A stretch of DNA of 64,000 nt from Verrucomicrobiota bacterium (GCA_016871675.1 VHCN01000001.1:66268-130267); one strand, 5' to 3'. Counted from the stretch's first letter, positions 54,287 through 62,937 are shown. A program made the numbers and translations. The notes: generated by a model not told the origin, from the sequence alone.

Positions 54287-55776
54287 TGCAGGCCTCCCTT
54301 CCGCAACGCGTCGAAGAGCGGCGAGGCGAAGCTCGGCACGATCAAGTCGAGCAGCAGCCGGGGGTGCAGGCCGATGAGCACGGTCGTGCCCAGCAGCAGC
54401 GCGGCTCCAAGCCGCTCGGGGATGGTGATGGGTTCGAACGGGTGGCTGTGGCCGTCCTCTTGGTTGGGCGTGGTGCCCGCTTCATCCGAAAAGAACGCCC
54501 TTTGCAAGGCGCGCAGCGTGTAGGCGACACCGATCACGATGCCCACGCCCGATGCAACCGCGAAGCCCGGCAGCGACTGCCACGCGCCGATGAGCACTTG
54601 CAGTTCGGCGATGAATCCGCTGAATCCCGGCAGGCCCATGCTCGCCACCGCGGCGACGGCGAACGTGACCGCGGCAAATGGCAGCGCCTTGAGCAGGCCC
54701 ATGCCTTCGAGCACGGTCAGTTCGCGCGTGTGCGTGCGGTCATAGACCATCCGGCCCACGACGCCGAACAGCAGCCCCGCGATGATGCCGTGCGAGAACA
54801 TCTGCAGCACCGCGCCCGACAGGCCGATGGTGTTGAGCGTCACCAACCCGAGCAGCACGAAGCCCATGTGGCTCACGCTCGAGTAGCCGATGACGAATTT
54901 GAAATCCTTCTGTGTGAGCGCGACCATCGCCCCGCCCACGATGCCGATGACGGCGAGCAGCGCGAGTTCGTGCTGCCACGCCTTCAGGCCGAGCGGGAAA
55001 AGCGTCATCGCCACGCGCAGGCAGCCGTAGGCGCCAAGCTTCATCACCACGCCCGCCAGCAGCATCGAGGCGGCGGTCGGCGCGGCCACGTGGCCCGTGG
55101 GCGCCCACGTGTGAAATGGCCACAGGCCCGCGAGAATGGCGAACCCCACGAACACAAGCGGGAACGCCCACACTTGGAATGACTCGGGGAACGGAAACTT
55201 CGCCATCTCGACCAGGTCAAACGTCTTCGCGCCGGACACGATGAACGCCGCGACGAGCCCGACGAGCACCATCGCGCTGCCCACGAACGAGTAGAGCGCG
55301 AGCTTCATCGCGCCGTATTCCTTGCGCGTCGAGCCCCACACGGCGATGAGGAAGTATTTCGGGATGATCGCCAGCTCGTAGAACACAAACAGCGTGAACA
55401 GGTCGAAGCTCAGGAACACGCCATACACGCCGCCAATCAGCGCGAGGAAGAACGCGAAGAACTCCTTCGCGCGATGCTCAACGTTCCATGAGAAGAGGAT
55501 GCCCGACACCGCCGCGAGGCCCGTGAGCAGCACGAGCACGAGGCTGATGCCATCGGCGGCGAGGTGATACCCGATGCCGAGCGACCTCACCCACGGGACC
55601 TTCGTGATGGTGACGATGCCCTCCGGCGCGCCGACCACTCCCGCGAGCGCGCACAAGAGCCCGCCAATCGCCGACATGAGCGCGACCGCCCGCGCCGCGC
55701 GCGCGTCACCCGCCGGCAGGAGCATCAGCACCAGCACGCCGAGGAAGGAGAGGTAGATGGTCCAGGCGAGAATCAT
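54283..55776 (-). CDS. nuoM: NADH-quinone oxidoreductase subunit M, paralog A (divergent)
   Basis: 497 aa with FVFYELAIIPKYFLI (TM5 Glu), PFHTWAPTGHVAAPTAASMLLAGVVMKLGAYG and GLPGFSGFIAEL. It is M/ND4-type, but Leu replaces the conserved Lys 7 residues before the HxW motif. Confidence 0.85.
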   Translation of the reverse strand: MILAWTIYLSFLGVLVLMLLPAGDARAARAVALMSAIGGLLCALAGVVGAPEGIVTITKVPWVRSLGIGYHLAADGISLVLVLLTGLAAVSGILFSWNVEHRAKEFFAFFLALIGGVYGVFLSFDLFTLFVFYELAIIPKYFLIAVWGSTRKEYGAMKLALYSFVGSAMVLVGLVAAFIVSGAKTFDLVEMAKFPFPESFQVWAFPLVFVGFAILAGLWPFHTWAPTGHVAAPTAASMLLAGVVMKLGAYGCLRVAMTLFPLGLKAWQHELALLAVIGIVGGAMVALTQKDFKFVIGYSSVSHMGFVLLGLVTLNTIGLSGAVLQMFSHGIIAGLLFGVVGRMVYDRTHTRELTVLEGMGLLKALPFAAVTFAVAAVASMGLPGFSGFIAELQVLIGAWQSLPGFAVASGVGIVIGVAYTLRALQRAFFSDEAGTTPNQEDGHSHPFEPITIPERLGAALLLGTTVLIGLHPRLLLDLIVPSFASPLFDALRKGGLQ

Positions 55777-55781
55777 CGGCG

Positions 55782-57326
55782 CTAGAACTTCAAGTGCTCC
55801 ACCAGTCGCGTCACGGTCGCGCTCGTCAGCGCGGTGATGAATTGCGGGTAAACACCGAGCGCGAACATCAGCAGCACGGCGGGCACGACCACCAGGCGTT
55901 CCGCGGCCGTGAGGTCGGGAAGCGATTTCCAGCGCTCATTGAGCGGGCCATTGAAGACGCGCTGCAACACCGTCAGCAAGAAGATGGCGGTGACGAGCAG
56001 CCCGACCATCGAGACCGCGGCCGACCAGCCCGACAGCGCAAACGCACCTTTGAAAATGAGGAACTCGCCGACAAATCCGCTCAAGCCCGGCAATCCGAGC
56101 GACGCGAAGAGCGAGATGCCCATCAGCCCGCAAAAGACCGGCACCACCTGGCGCAACCCGCCGAAGTCGTCCAGCCCGCGCAGGCCGCCGCTGCGTTCCT
56201 CGAGGAACGCCACGAAGCAGAACAGCGCCGCCGCGGCAAGCCCGTGGCTGAACATTTGCAGCAGCACGCCGCTGAGCGCCGCGGCTTGTTCGACCGCCGC
56301 GCCGCCGGACTTCACCACCACGAAGCACCCGAGCAGGCAGTAGCCGAGGTGGTTGATGGACGAGTAGGCAAGCACGCGCTTGAGGTCGCGCTGCGCGAAC
56401 GCCGCGAACGCGCTGAACACGATGGTCGCGACGGCGAGCCACAGCAGCGGCGTCAGCACGGAGCGCATTGGCTCGGGAAAAATCGGCAGCAGGATGCGCA
56501 GCAGGCCATACACGCCCATCTTCGACATCACGCCCGTGAGCAGCATCGTGACGCTCGACGGCGCCTCGGCATACGCCGCAGGCAGCCACGTGTGGAATGG
56601 CATCAACGGCACCTTCACCGCGAAGCCGAGCAGCGCGCCGACGAAGAGCAGCAGTGCGAGCTGTTGCCCGGTCAGCCCGCCCCACGCGAGCGTCTCGCCG
56701 AGGAGGGGGACGAGCTTGCCCGTGCGCGCGAGCGCGGCGAGTTCGAGGAAGTCGAACGTGCGCGCGGCCTGGAACAGCGCCAGGAACGCCAGCAGCAGCG
56801 CCACGCTGCCGACCATCGTGTAGATGAAGAACTGCGTCGCCGCCGCGCCTCGTTGCGGTCCGCCCCAGAGCTTCACGAGGAAAAACGCCGGCACCAGCGC
56901 CAGTTCGTAGAACAGGAACCAGTGGAAGAAGTTCATCGCCGTGAACGTGCCCATCAGGCCCGCCTCAAGGAGCAGCACGAGCGCGAAGAACAGCGGCACG
57001 CGCTCCTGGATGCCACGCGATGCGAGGATGGCCATCGGCGTGACGAGCGCGGTGAGCGCGACCATGAGCAGGCTCAAACCGTCCATGCCGAGCTTGTATT
57101 CGATGCCGAGCGTGGGAATCCACGTGTGCTTCTCGATGAACTGCAGTCCCGCCGCGGCGTTGTCGAAGGCGAACCACAGCGCGAGCGTGAGCGCGAGCGT
57201 GAGCAGCGAGACGGTGATCGCGAGGCCGCGGGCGAGCCGCTGTTGCGGGCGTTCAAGCCCGAGCAGCACCGCGCCGCCGAGCAAGGGCAGGAGCGTGAGA
57301 AGGGTGAGGATGGGAAGGCTCTTCAT
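55782..57326 (-). CDS. nuoM: NADH-quinone oxidoreductase subunit M, paralog B (canonical)
   Basis: 514 aa with FLFYELALVPAFFLV, FAVKVPLMPFHTWLPAAYAEAP, MSKMGVYG and GLPGLSGFVGEF. ATG 57326 overlaps the nuoL stop. Confidence 0.9.
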   Translation of the reverse strand: MKSLPILTLLTLLPLLGGAVLLGLERPQQRLARGLAITVSLLTLALTLALWFAFDNAAAGLQFIEKHTWIPTLGIEYKLGMDGLSLLMVALTALVTPMAILASRGIQERVPLFFALVLLLEAGLMGTFTAMNFFHWFLFYELALVPAFFLVKLWGGPQRGAAATQFFIYTMVGSVALLLAFLALFQAARTFDFLELAALARTGKLVPLLGETLAWGGLTGQQLALLLFVGALLGFAVKVPLMPFHTWLPAAYAEAPSSVTMLLTGVMSKMGVYGLLRILLPIFPEPMRSVLTPLLWLAVATIVFSAFAAFAQRDLKRVLAYSSINHLGYCLLGCFVVVKSGGAAVEQAAALSGVLLQMFSHGLAAAALFCFVAFLEERSGGLRGLDDFGGLRQVVPVFCGLMGISLFASLGLPGLSGFVGEFLIFKGAFALSGWSAAVSMVGLLVTAIFLLTVLQRVFNGPLNERWKSLPDLTAAERLVVVPAVLLMFALGVYPQFITALTSATVTRLVEHLKF

Positions 57327-59353
57327 TTCCCCAACCCCCAAGTCACGAGCAGCACGAGTGCGGCGAGCGCGAGTCCGAGCACGCGAAGGTAGTTCTGCAC
57401 CTTGCCGTCCTGCGTGCGCGACGCGGCATCCGAGCCGGCGCGCACGCCGCGGCAGCCTTCGTCGAAGCCGAAGTTGATCACGTATTCGTCGAAGAACCGC
57501 CCGATCCACGACACGCCAAGCGTGAGCAGCGAAACAAACATCACCACGCCGCCCCACACGAAGCGGTCGAACACATCACTCGCCGCCGACGCGAGCGCGT
57601 TCCAGCGGATGACCGTGGCCTCGTAAAGTTCATCCACGCGGAACTTGTCGCGAAGCAGCGCGAACAGGGCGGGCTGCTTCGTTTCGAGCGGGTCGGGGTC
57701 ATCCGCGGACGCGGCGGGCTTGCGGCCGTAGATCATCCAGCCTGCGGTGATTCCAGCGAGCGCGACAAGGGTTGAGACGACCATCAGCGGCACCGCGCCA
57801 GAGGCCGGTGAGCCGTCGTGCCCCGCGCCGAGGTATTGCTGGAAGGCCGGCCACCACGGCGTGCCGACGAAGCCGAGCAACGCCGCAAACACGGCGAGAA
57901 TCACGAGCGGCACGGTCATCACGGTGGGTGACTCGTGCGGTTCGCCGTGCGGGTGCGCGTGGTGCTTGCCGAAGAACACGTAAGTGACCTGCCGCGTCAT
58001 GTAGAACGCCGTGAGCAGCGCGCCGAACAGGCCGAGATAGAAGGGGCCGGACGAAACCCAACCGTGAGCCGAGTGGAGGATCTCGTCCTTGCTCCAGAAT
58101 CCCGCGAGCGGGAACACGCCCGCCAGCGCCATCATGCCGACGGCGTAGGTCGCGAACGTCACCGGCATGTATTTCTTCACGCCGCCCATGCGACGGATGT
58201 CCTGCTCCTCGTGGCAGCCGTGGATCACCGAGCCGGCGCCGAGGAAGAGCAGCGCCTTGAAGAACGCGTGCGTGATGAGATGGAACATCCCGGCCGCCAC
58301 GCCGCCGACACCGAGGCCCATCATCATGAAGCCGAGTTGGGAAACGGTGGAGTAGGCGAGGATGCGCTTGATGTCCGTCTGCGCGACCGCGATGAGCGAC
58401 GCGAAGACGGCCGTAAGCGCGCCGACCCAGGTGACGACTTGAAGCGCCGTCGTCCCGCCGACTGGCGCAAGCCCGGTGCTCATGAGTGGAAAGACGCGCG
58501 CCACGAGGAACACGCCCGCCGCCACCATCGTCGCCGCGTGGATGAGCGCGCTCACGGGCGTGGGGCCTTCCATCGCGTCCGGCAGCCAGACGTGCAACGG
58601 AAGCTGGCCGGACTTGCCGGCGGCGCCGCAGAAGATAAGCAGCGCGATGACGGTGCTCACGGCCATGCCACCCGCGAGGCTTGCGCCGACGAGTTTCGCC
58701 AGCGCGGACTGTTCCATGCACCCGAGGCCGTTGTCGTAGAAGAGCAGCGTGCCGGTTTCCTTGTAGAGCCACACGAGGCCGAGGAAGAAGCCGATGTCGC
58801 CGATGCGCGTGGTGATGAAGGCCTTCTTCGCCGCCGCCGCCGCGCTGGGCTTGTGGAACCAGAAGCCGATGAGCAGATACGACGCGAGGCCCACCAGCTC
58901 CCAGCAGATGAACAGCAGCAGCAGGCTGTTCGCGATGACCACGCCGAGCATCGCCGCGGCGAACAGCGAAAGGAACGTGAAGAAGCGCGTGAAGTTCTCG
59001 TCGCGCGCCATGTAGCCGACGCTGTAGATGAAGATGAGCAGGCCGACGAAGCTCACCATCACGAGCATCACCGCCGCGAGCGGGTCGAGAACGAAGCCGA
59101 GCCGCACGAGGTCGCCCGGGGAGTCGCCGAATTGAAACCACGCAAAGTTGCTTTCTTCGCGGAACACGCCCTCGCCCGTGTGCTGGAGCGTGGCCGCGAA
59201 CGCAATGAGCGAGAGCGCGAGCGAGCCGGCCATCGAGCCGATGGCGAGCGCGGCCGAGAGCGTCCGTTGCGGACGCTTGCATAGCGCGCTCAATCCCGCC
59301 GCCACGAGCGGCAGCAGCGGGATAAGCCAGACGTAGTTGGGGATCCAGGTCAT
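57323..59353 (-). CDS. nuoL: NADH-quinone oxidoreductase subunit L (elongated, 676 aa)
   Basis: WELVGLASYLLIGFW, AAGKSGQLPLHVWLPDAMEGPTPVSALIHAATMV and a C-terminal lateral-helix region (…VDELYEATVIRW…NYLRVLGLALAALVLLV) match NuoL. ATG 59353 was chosen. Confidence 0.9.
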   Translation of the reverse strand: MTWIPNYVWLIPLLPLVAAGLSALCKRPQRTLSAALAIGSMAGSLALSLIAFAATLQHTGEGVFREESNFAWFQFGDSPGDLVRLGFVLDPLAAVMLVMVSFVGLLIFIYSVGYMARDENFTRFFTFLSLFAAAMLGVVIANSLLLLFICWELVGLASYLLIGFWFHKPSAAAAAKKAFITTRIGDIGFFLGLVWLYKETGTLLFYDNGLGCMEQSALAKLVGASLAGGMAVSTVIALLIFCGAAGKSGQLPLHVWLPDAMEGPTPVSALIHAATMVAAGVFLVARVFPLMSTGLAPVGGTTALQVVTWVGALTAVFASLIAVAQTDIKRILAYSTVSQLGFMMMGLGVGGVAAGMFHLITHAFFKALLFLGAGSVIHGCHEEQDIRRMGGVKKYMPVTFATYAVGMMALAGVFPLAGFWSKDEILHSAHGWVSSGPFYLGLFGALLTAFYMTRQVTYVFFGKHHAHPHGEPHESPTVMTVPLVILAVFAALLGFVGTPWWPAFQQYLGAGHDGSPASGAVPLMVVSTLVALAGITAGWMIYGRKPAASADDPDPLETKQPALFALLRDKFRVDELYEATVIRWNALASAASDVFDRFVWGGVVMFVSLLTLGVSWIGRFFDEYVINFGFDEGCRGVRAGSDAASRTQDGKVQNYLRVLGLALAALVLLVTWGLGK

Positions 59354-59362
59354 CTTGGTTTC

Positions 59363-59432
59363 GAAACCACGAAGGCACGAAGGACACAAAGCGGCGCTTC
59401 CGCGTTCGTGACCTTCGCGGCTTCGTGGTTCA
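59363..59432. repeat. Imperfect ~25-bp-arm hairpin built from ccacgaagg octamers in the nuoK-nuoL spacer
   Basis: The left arm is gaaaccacgaaggcacgaaggacac. The right arm is cgtgaccttcgcggcttcgtggttc. aaccacgaag pairs perfectly with cttcgtggtt, and further partial pairing follows. The element lies inside the operon transcript. Confidence 0.45.
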
Positions 59433-59441
59433 AGTCGGTGT

Positions 59442-59753
59442 TCATCCCTTCATCGAGTCAATCTTCCCGAGGTCGGTCGTCTTGAAGTGCCGGTAAATCG
59501 CGAGGATGAGCGCGAGGCCGACGGCGGCTTCGGCGGCGGCGATGGCGATGCTGAAGATGGCGAACATCACGCCGGTGGCTGCCTCGGGGTTCGGGCTGAA
59601 GCGCCAGAAGGCGATGAAGTTCAGGTTCGCCGCGTTGAGCATCAGCTCAATGCCGATGAGCACGAGGATGGCGTTGCGCCGTGTGAGCGCGCCCGCAAGC
59701 CCGATGCTGAAGAGCAGGGCGGAGACGATGAGGTAGGCGGGAAGAGGAGTCAT
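59442..59753 (-). CDS. nuoK: NADH-quinone oxidoreductase subunit K
   Basis: 103 aa. LFSIGLAGALTRRNAILVLIGIELMLNAANLNF is typical of NuoK/ND4L. Confidence 0.9.
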   Translation of the reverse strand: MTPLPAYLIVSALLFSIGLAGALTRRNAILVLIGIELMLNAANLNFIAFWRFSPNPEAATGVMFAIFSIAIAAAEAAVGLALILAIYRHFKTTDLGKIDSMKG

Positions 59754-59858
59754 GGCGTTGAGCAGGGGGGCGGGGGTGAAAAGGGTCGGGGGAGATTTCT
59801 CGCATGCTCCCTTTCGCCCGCTCTCCGCTGCGTTGAGTCTTGTGCGCCCATCATCGGA

Positions 59859-60383
59859 TTACTTCGTTGCCGCGCCACTGGCCTTCTCGTGCATCGCGAT
59901 GATCACCGCGCCGATCAAGGCGGCGGTGAGCAGCAGGGCGATGACTTCGAGCGGCAGCACGTAGTCGTTCATGAGCTTCGCGCCGATGTGCTTCACGGCC
60001 ACAGCTTGTCTCGCAACGGCGTCGGACTTGGGCGCCCACGATCGTTCCGAGGTCCACGACAGGAGGGCCGTCGAGAGCGTCACGAACACGACCACGGCGA
60101 CCAGCGGCCCGAACAGCCACGCGCGCGAGGGCGCGCCTTGTGCCGCCGGGTCGTCGCCGCGCGTGAGCAGGATGGCGAACACAATGAGGATGGCCACCGC
60201 GCCGATGTAAACGAGGACCTGCGTGAAGCCGACGAACTCGGCGTCGAGCGTGAGGAACAGCCCGGCGAGGCCCGCGAGCGTGACGGCGAGGCAAAGCGCG
60301 CAGTGCACGAGGTTGCGCAGGCTCATCGCGGCGACGGCCGAGACGAGCGTGACGAGCGCGAGGATGAGGAAGGCGGGGGTCAC
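59859..60383 (-). CDS. nuoJ: NADH-quinone oxidoreductase subunit J
   Basis: 174 aa. …AEFVGFTQVLVYIGAVAILIVFAILL is the NuoJ/ND6 signature. The start codon is GTG. Confidence 0.85.
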   Translation of the reverse strand: MTPAFLILALVTLVSAVAAMSLRNLVHCALCLAVTLAGLAGLFLTLDAEFVGFTQVLVYIGAVAILIVFAILLTRGDDPAAQGAPSRAWLFGPLVAVVVFVTLSTALLSWTSERSWAPKSDAVARQAVAVKHIGAKLMNDYVLPLEVIALLLTAALIGAVIIAMHEKASGAATK

Positions 60384-60390
60384 GGGGAAT

Positions 60391-60425
60391 GGCCGGTGGC
60401 CGATGGCTGATGGCCGATGGTCGGA
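60391..60425. repeat. Five tandem heptamers in the nuoJ-nuoH spacer
   Basis: The array reads ggccggt ggccgat ggctgat ggccgat ggtcgga. It fills most of the 49-nt gap between the nuoH stop and the nuoJ start. Confidence 0.4.
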
Positions 60426-60432
60426 GTGTTGA

Positions 60433-61629
60433 TCATTCCGCGAAGGTGTATTTGCGCCTGATCAGGTGGCCGGATTCTGTCAGCGCGCGGCCGAGCATCA
60501 CGTAGGGGATGGCGAGCATCGCGGCGCAGAGCAGCCAGCGGGCGGGGCCGGGCGTCATGAAGCGCCACGCGCCCGCGACAAGGATGTTCAGCAGCGCAAG
60601 CGGCAGCATGAACTTCCACGCCAGCCCCATGAGCTGGTCAGCCCGCAGCCTCGGCACGGTGCCGCGAATCCAGATGAACAACACGATGAGCGCGCCGAGC
60701 TTCGCGAAGAACCACGCCCACGACGGCACGAATTCCAGCCCCGCACAGGGCGCGTGCCAGCCGCCGAGAAACAGCGTGATGCCCAGCCCGCTCATCGCGA
60801 ACAGGCCGAGGTATTCGCCGAGGAAGAAGAGCGCGAACTTGAACCCGCTGTATTCGGTGAAATAGCCCGCGATGAGCTCGGACTCCGCCTCGGGCATGTC
60901 GAACGGCGAGCGGTTCGCCTCCGCGGTCGCCGCCGTGAGGAAAAGCAGGAAGCCCGCGAAGCCCCAGGGTGTGAAGAGAAACCAGTTCGCCAGTCCCCAC
61001 GACGTGAAGCCCGCCTGCGCCTCGACTATGCGCGTGGGCGTGAGCGAACCGGCGATCATCACGGCGGTGAGGGTCGAGAGCAGCAGCGGCACTTCATAGC
61101 TGACCATTTGCGCGATCGCCCGGATCGCTCCGAGCAGCGAGTATTTGTTGCGGCTCGACCAGCCCGCCATGAACACGCACAGCTCCGTGCTCGCGCCGAC
61201 CGCGAAGAAGAACAGCAGCCCGCACTCGAGGTCCAGCGGCGCCATGTTGCGGCCGTAGGGAATCACGGCGAAGGCGAGCAGCGCGGGGATCATGATGACC
61301 ACGGGCGCGAGGAAGTGAACGACGCGGTCGGCGGCGCGCGGGACGATGTCCTCCTTGGCGATCATCTTCATCCCGTCGGCGATGAACTGGCCGAAGCCGA
61401 ACAGCCGGATGTCGGTGAACGGGATGCCCACGCGGTTCGGCCCGTAGCGGTTCTGGATGCGGCCGAGTCCCTTGCGCTCGATGACCGTCGTGAGGCCGAA
61501 CAGCAGCGGGAACACCGCGAGAATGGCCGTGATGGAGACGAGGATGGAGACGAGCGCCTGCTGTTCCGCCGGGAACAGCGCGACAATCAGTTGCTTGATC
61601 GCGATGGGGAGGGATTCGAGGGAGTCCAT
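60433..61629 (-). CDS. nuoH: NADH-quinone oxidoreductase subunit H
   Basis: ERKGLGRIQNRYGPNRVG, ADGMKMIAKEDIVP and GWSSRNKYSLLGAIRAIAQMVSYEVP match NuoH/ND1. ATG 61629 was chosen. The Pro/Arg-rich N-terminal extension in the ORF track was rejected. Confidence 0.9.
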   Translation of the reverse strand: MDSLESLPIAIKQLIVALFPAEQQALVSILVSITAILAVFPLLFGLTTVIERKGLGRIQNRYGPNRVGIPFTDIRLFGFGQFIADGMKMIAKEDIVPRAADRVVHFLAPVVIMIPALLAFAVIPYGRNMAPLDLECGLLFFFAVGASTELCVFMAGWSSRNKYSLLGAIRAIAQMVSYEVPLLLSTLTAVMIAGSLTPTRIVEAQAGFTSWGLANWFLFTPWGFAGFLLFLTAATAEANRSPFDMPEAESELIAGYFTEYSGFKFALFFLGEYLGLFAMSGLGITLFLGGWHAPCAGLEFVPSWAWFFAKLGALIVLFIWIRGTVPRLRADQLMGLAWKFMLPLALLNILVAGAWRFMTPGPARWLLCAAMLAIPYVMLGRALTESGHLIRRKYTFAE

Positions 61630-61804
61630 CAGGCGGAATGCGGGGTGCAGAGTGCGGAAAGCCGCATCGCCAACGGAAGCGCGCGGCGACAACGGAAGTT
61701 CCCCATCGTAATCCTTCGGCGGCGGAGGGGGAGACTCGGATTGCGTGGGGGCAACGCACGCAGGGCAACCCGCGTGCTTCGGGGATGCGTTTCGACCGGA
61801 CTGC

Positions 61805-62491
61805 TCATGGCTTGGCGGCCTCCTTTGTTGGAGCCGCGGCGGGCGTTGCGGGGGCAGCAGGCTGCGCCACGGTGGAACCAACGGGAGCTGTTGCCGATGC
61901 GGGCGCTGCGGCTTTCGCCGCGGCTGCAGCGGCGGCGGCTTTCGCCTTCGCCTCAGCGTCGGCCTTTGCCTTTGCGACTTCGGCGACGCGCTTGGCGTCG
62001 ATCTCCGAGGCGTCCGTCGGATGCAGATGCTGGAAGTGCGAGTTGGGCTTGGCGAGCTTCTCCTTGTCCAGCAGCAGGCCGCCGAAGCGGTCGGTGGTCG
62101 AGAGCTCAAATTCCTGGTCCATCTTGATCGCCTCGAACGGGCAGACTTCGACGCAAATCTGGCAGCTCATGCACACGGAGATGTCGATGTCGAAGACTGC
62201 CGGGTAAAGCTGCGGCTTGCCGACATGGTCGGGTTTCTTGTCCTTCGACTTCTCGATGTAGATGCACTGCGGCGGGCATTCCTTCTCACAAATCTGGCAC
62301 GCGACGCAGCGCAAACCCTTCTGCCAGTCGTCGCCGTCATAGACGAGGAACGGAAACTGCCGCGTGTTTTCCTTCGGCGTGTCGCGCTCCTCGGGATATT
62401 GCAACGTGGTAAGCCGCTCGTCGGACACGTAGCTGCCGGCGAAGTTCCTCGCCGTTTCGACCATGCCTTTGATGAGTCCGGTGCCGAGCAT
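61805..62491 (-). CDS. nuoI: NADH-quinone oxidoreductase subunit I with Ala/Lys-rich C-terminal tail
   Basis: Two ferredoxin motifs are present (CVACQICEKECP and CMSCQICVEVCP). The protein is 228 aa, and the last ~60 aa are low complexity (AKAKADAEAKAKAAAAAAAAKAAAPA…). Confidence 0.9.
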   Translation of the reverse strand: MLGTGLIKGMVETARNFAGSYVSDERLTTLQYPEERDTPKENTRQFPFLVYDGDDWQKGLRCVACQICEKECPPQCIYIEKSKDKKPDHVGKPQLYPAVFDIDISVCMSCQICVEVCPFEAIKMDQEFELSTTDRFGGLLLDKEKLAKPNSHFQHLHPTDASEIDAKRVAEVAKAKADAEAKAKAAAAAAAAKAAAPASATAPVGSTVAQPAAPATPAAAPTKEAAKP

Positions 62492-62499
62492 GGGTGTGG

Positions 62500-62937
62500 T
62501 CAGTTTTGACGCGGCGGCGCAAGGGCGCAAAGGTTCGGGGAACTCTGGGTCTCGTCGAAGAACGTGTGCCACCAGTTGCAACTGCCGGCGAGCGCGCTCA
62601 CGAGACGGCCGCGCACGGCGGTCACACGCACGGGCGAGAGATGCACCGCGGGGTCGGGCGCCGGATGGAATTCGCACACGGTCACGTCGCCGAGCGTGCG
62701 CTGCCACGCGGGCTTGTGCGCGGCGAGAAGCTTGTCGAGCGGGTCGCCCTGCCGGAACGCGCCGGATTCGAACTCGCGCCACACGGGATGACACTCCTTC
62801 GCGAGCAGGCGGAGCGTTTCGGAGCGCGCCGAGGAGCGCAAGGCGGCAGTGACAGCCCAGAGGGCGCATGCGACCAACAGGGCGCTTGCGCCGGCGCGGG
62901 CGAGCTTTCGTGCGACGTTGGTGCGGGTGAAGTTCAT
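62500..62937 (-). CDS. Hypothetical 145-aa membrane-anchored protein inserted between nuoD and nuoI
   Basis: The ATG lies 14 nt after the nuoD stop, and the stop lies 8 nt before the nuoI ATG. The N-terminal anchor is GASALLVACALWAVTAAL. Third-position GC is high (~85% by hand count). There are five Cys residues. I recognise no family. Confidence 0.6.
   Translation of the reverse strand: MNFTRTNVARKLARAGASALLVACALWAVTAALRSSARSETLRLLAKECHPVWREFESGAFRQGDPLDKLLAAHKPAWQRTLGDVTVCEFHPAPDPAVHLSPVRVTAVRGRLVSALAGSCNWWHTFFDETQSSPNLCALAPPRQN

Noticed and set aside
55794-62127. Several 450-560-aa plus-strand ORFs (55794..57392, 57935..59284, 60466..62127) and the minus-strand ORF 57699..59387
   Set aside because: All are antisense or off-frame shadows of nuoM, nuoL, nuoH and nuoI. 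Their composition is Arg/Glu/His-rich. The nuo frames carry unmistakable family motifs.
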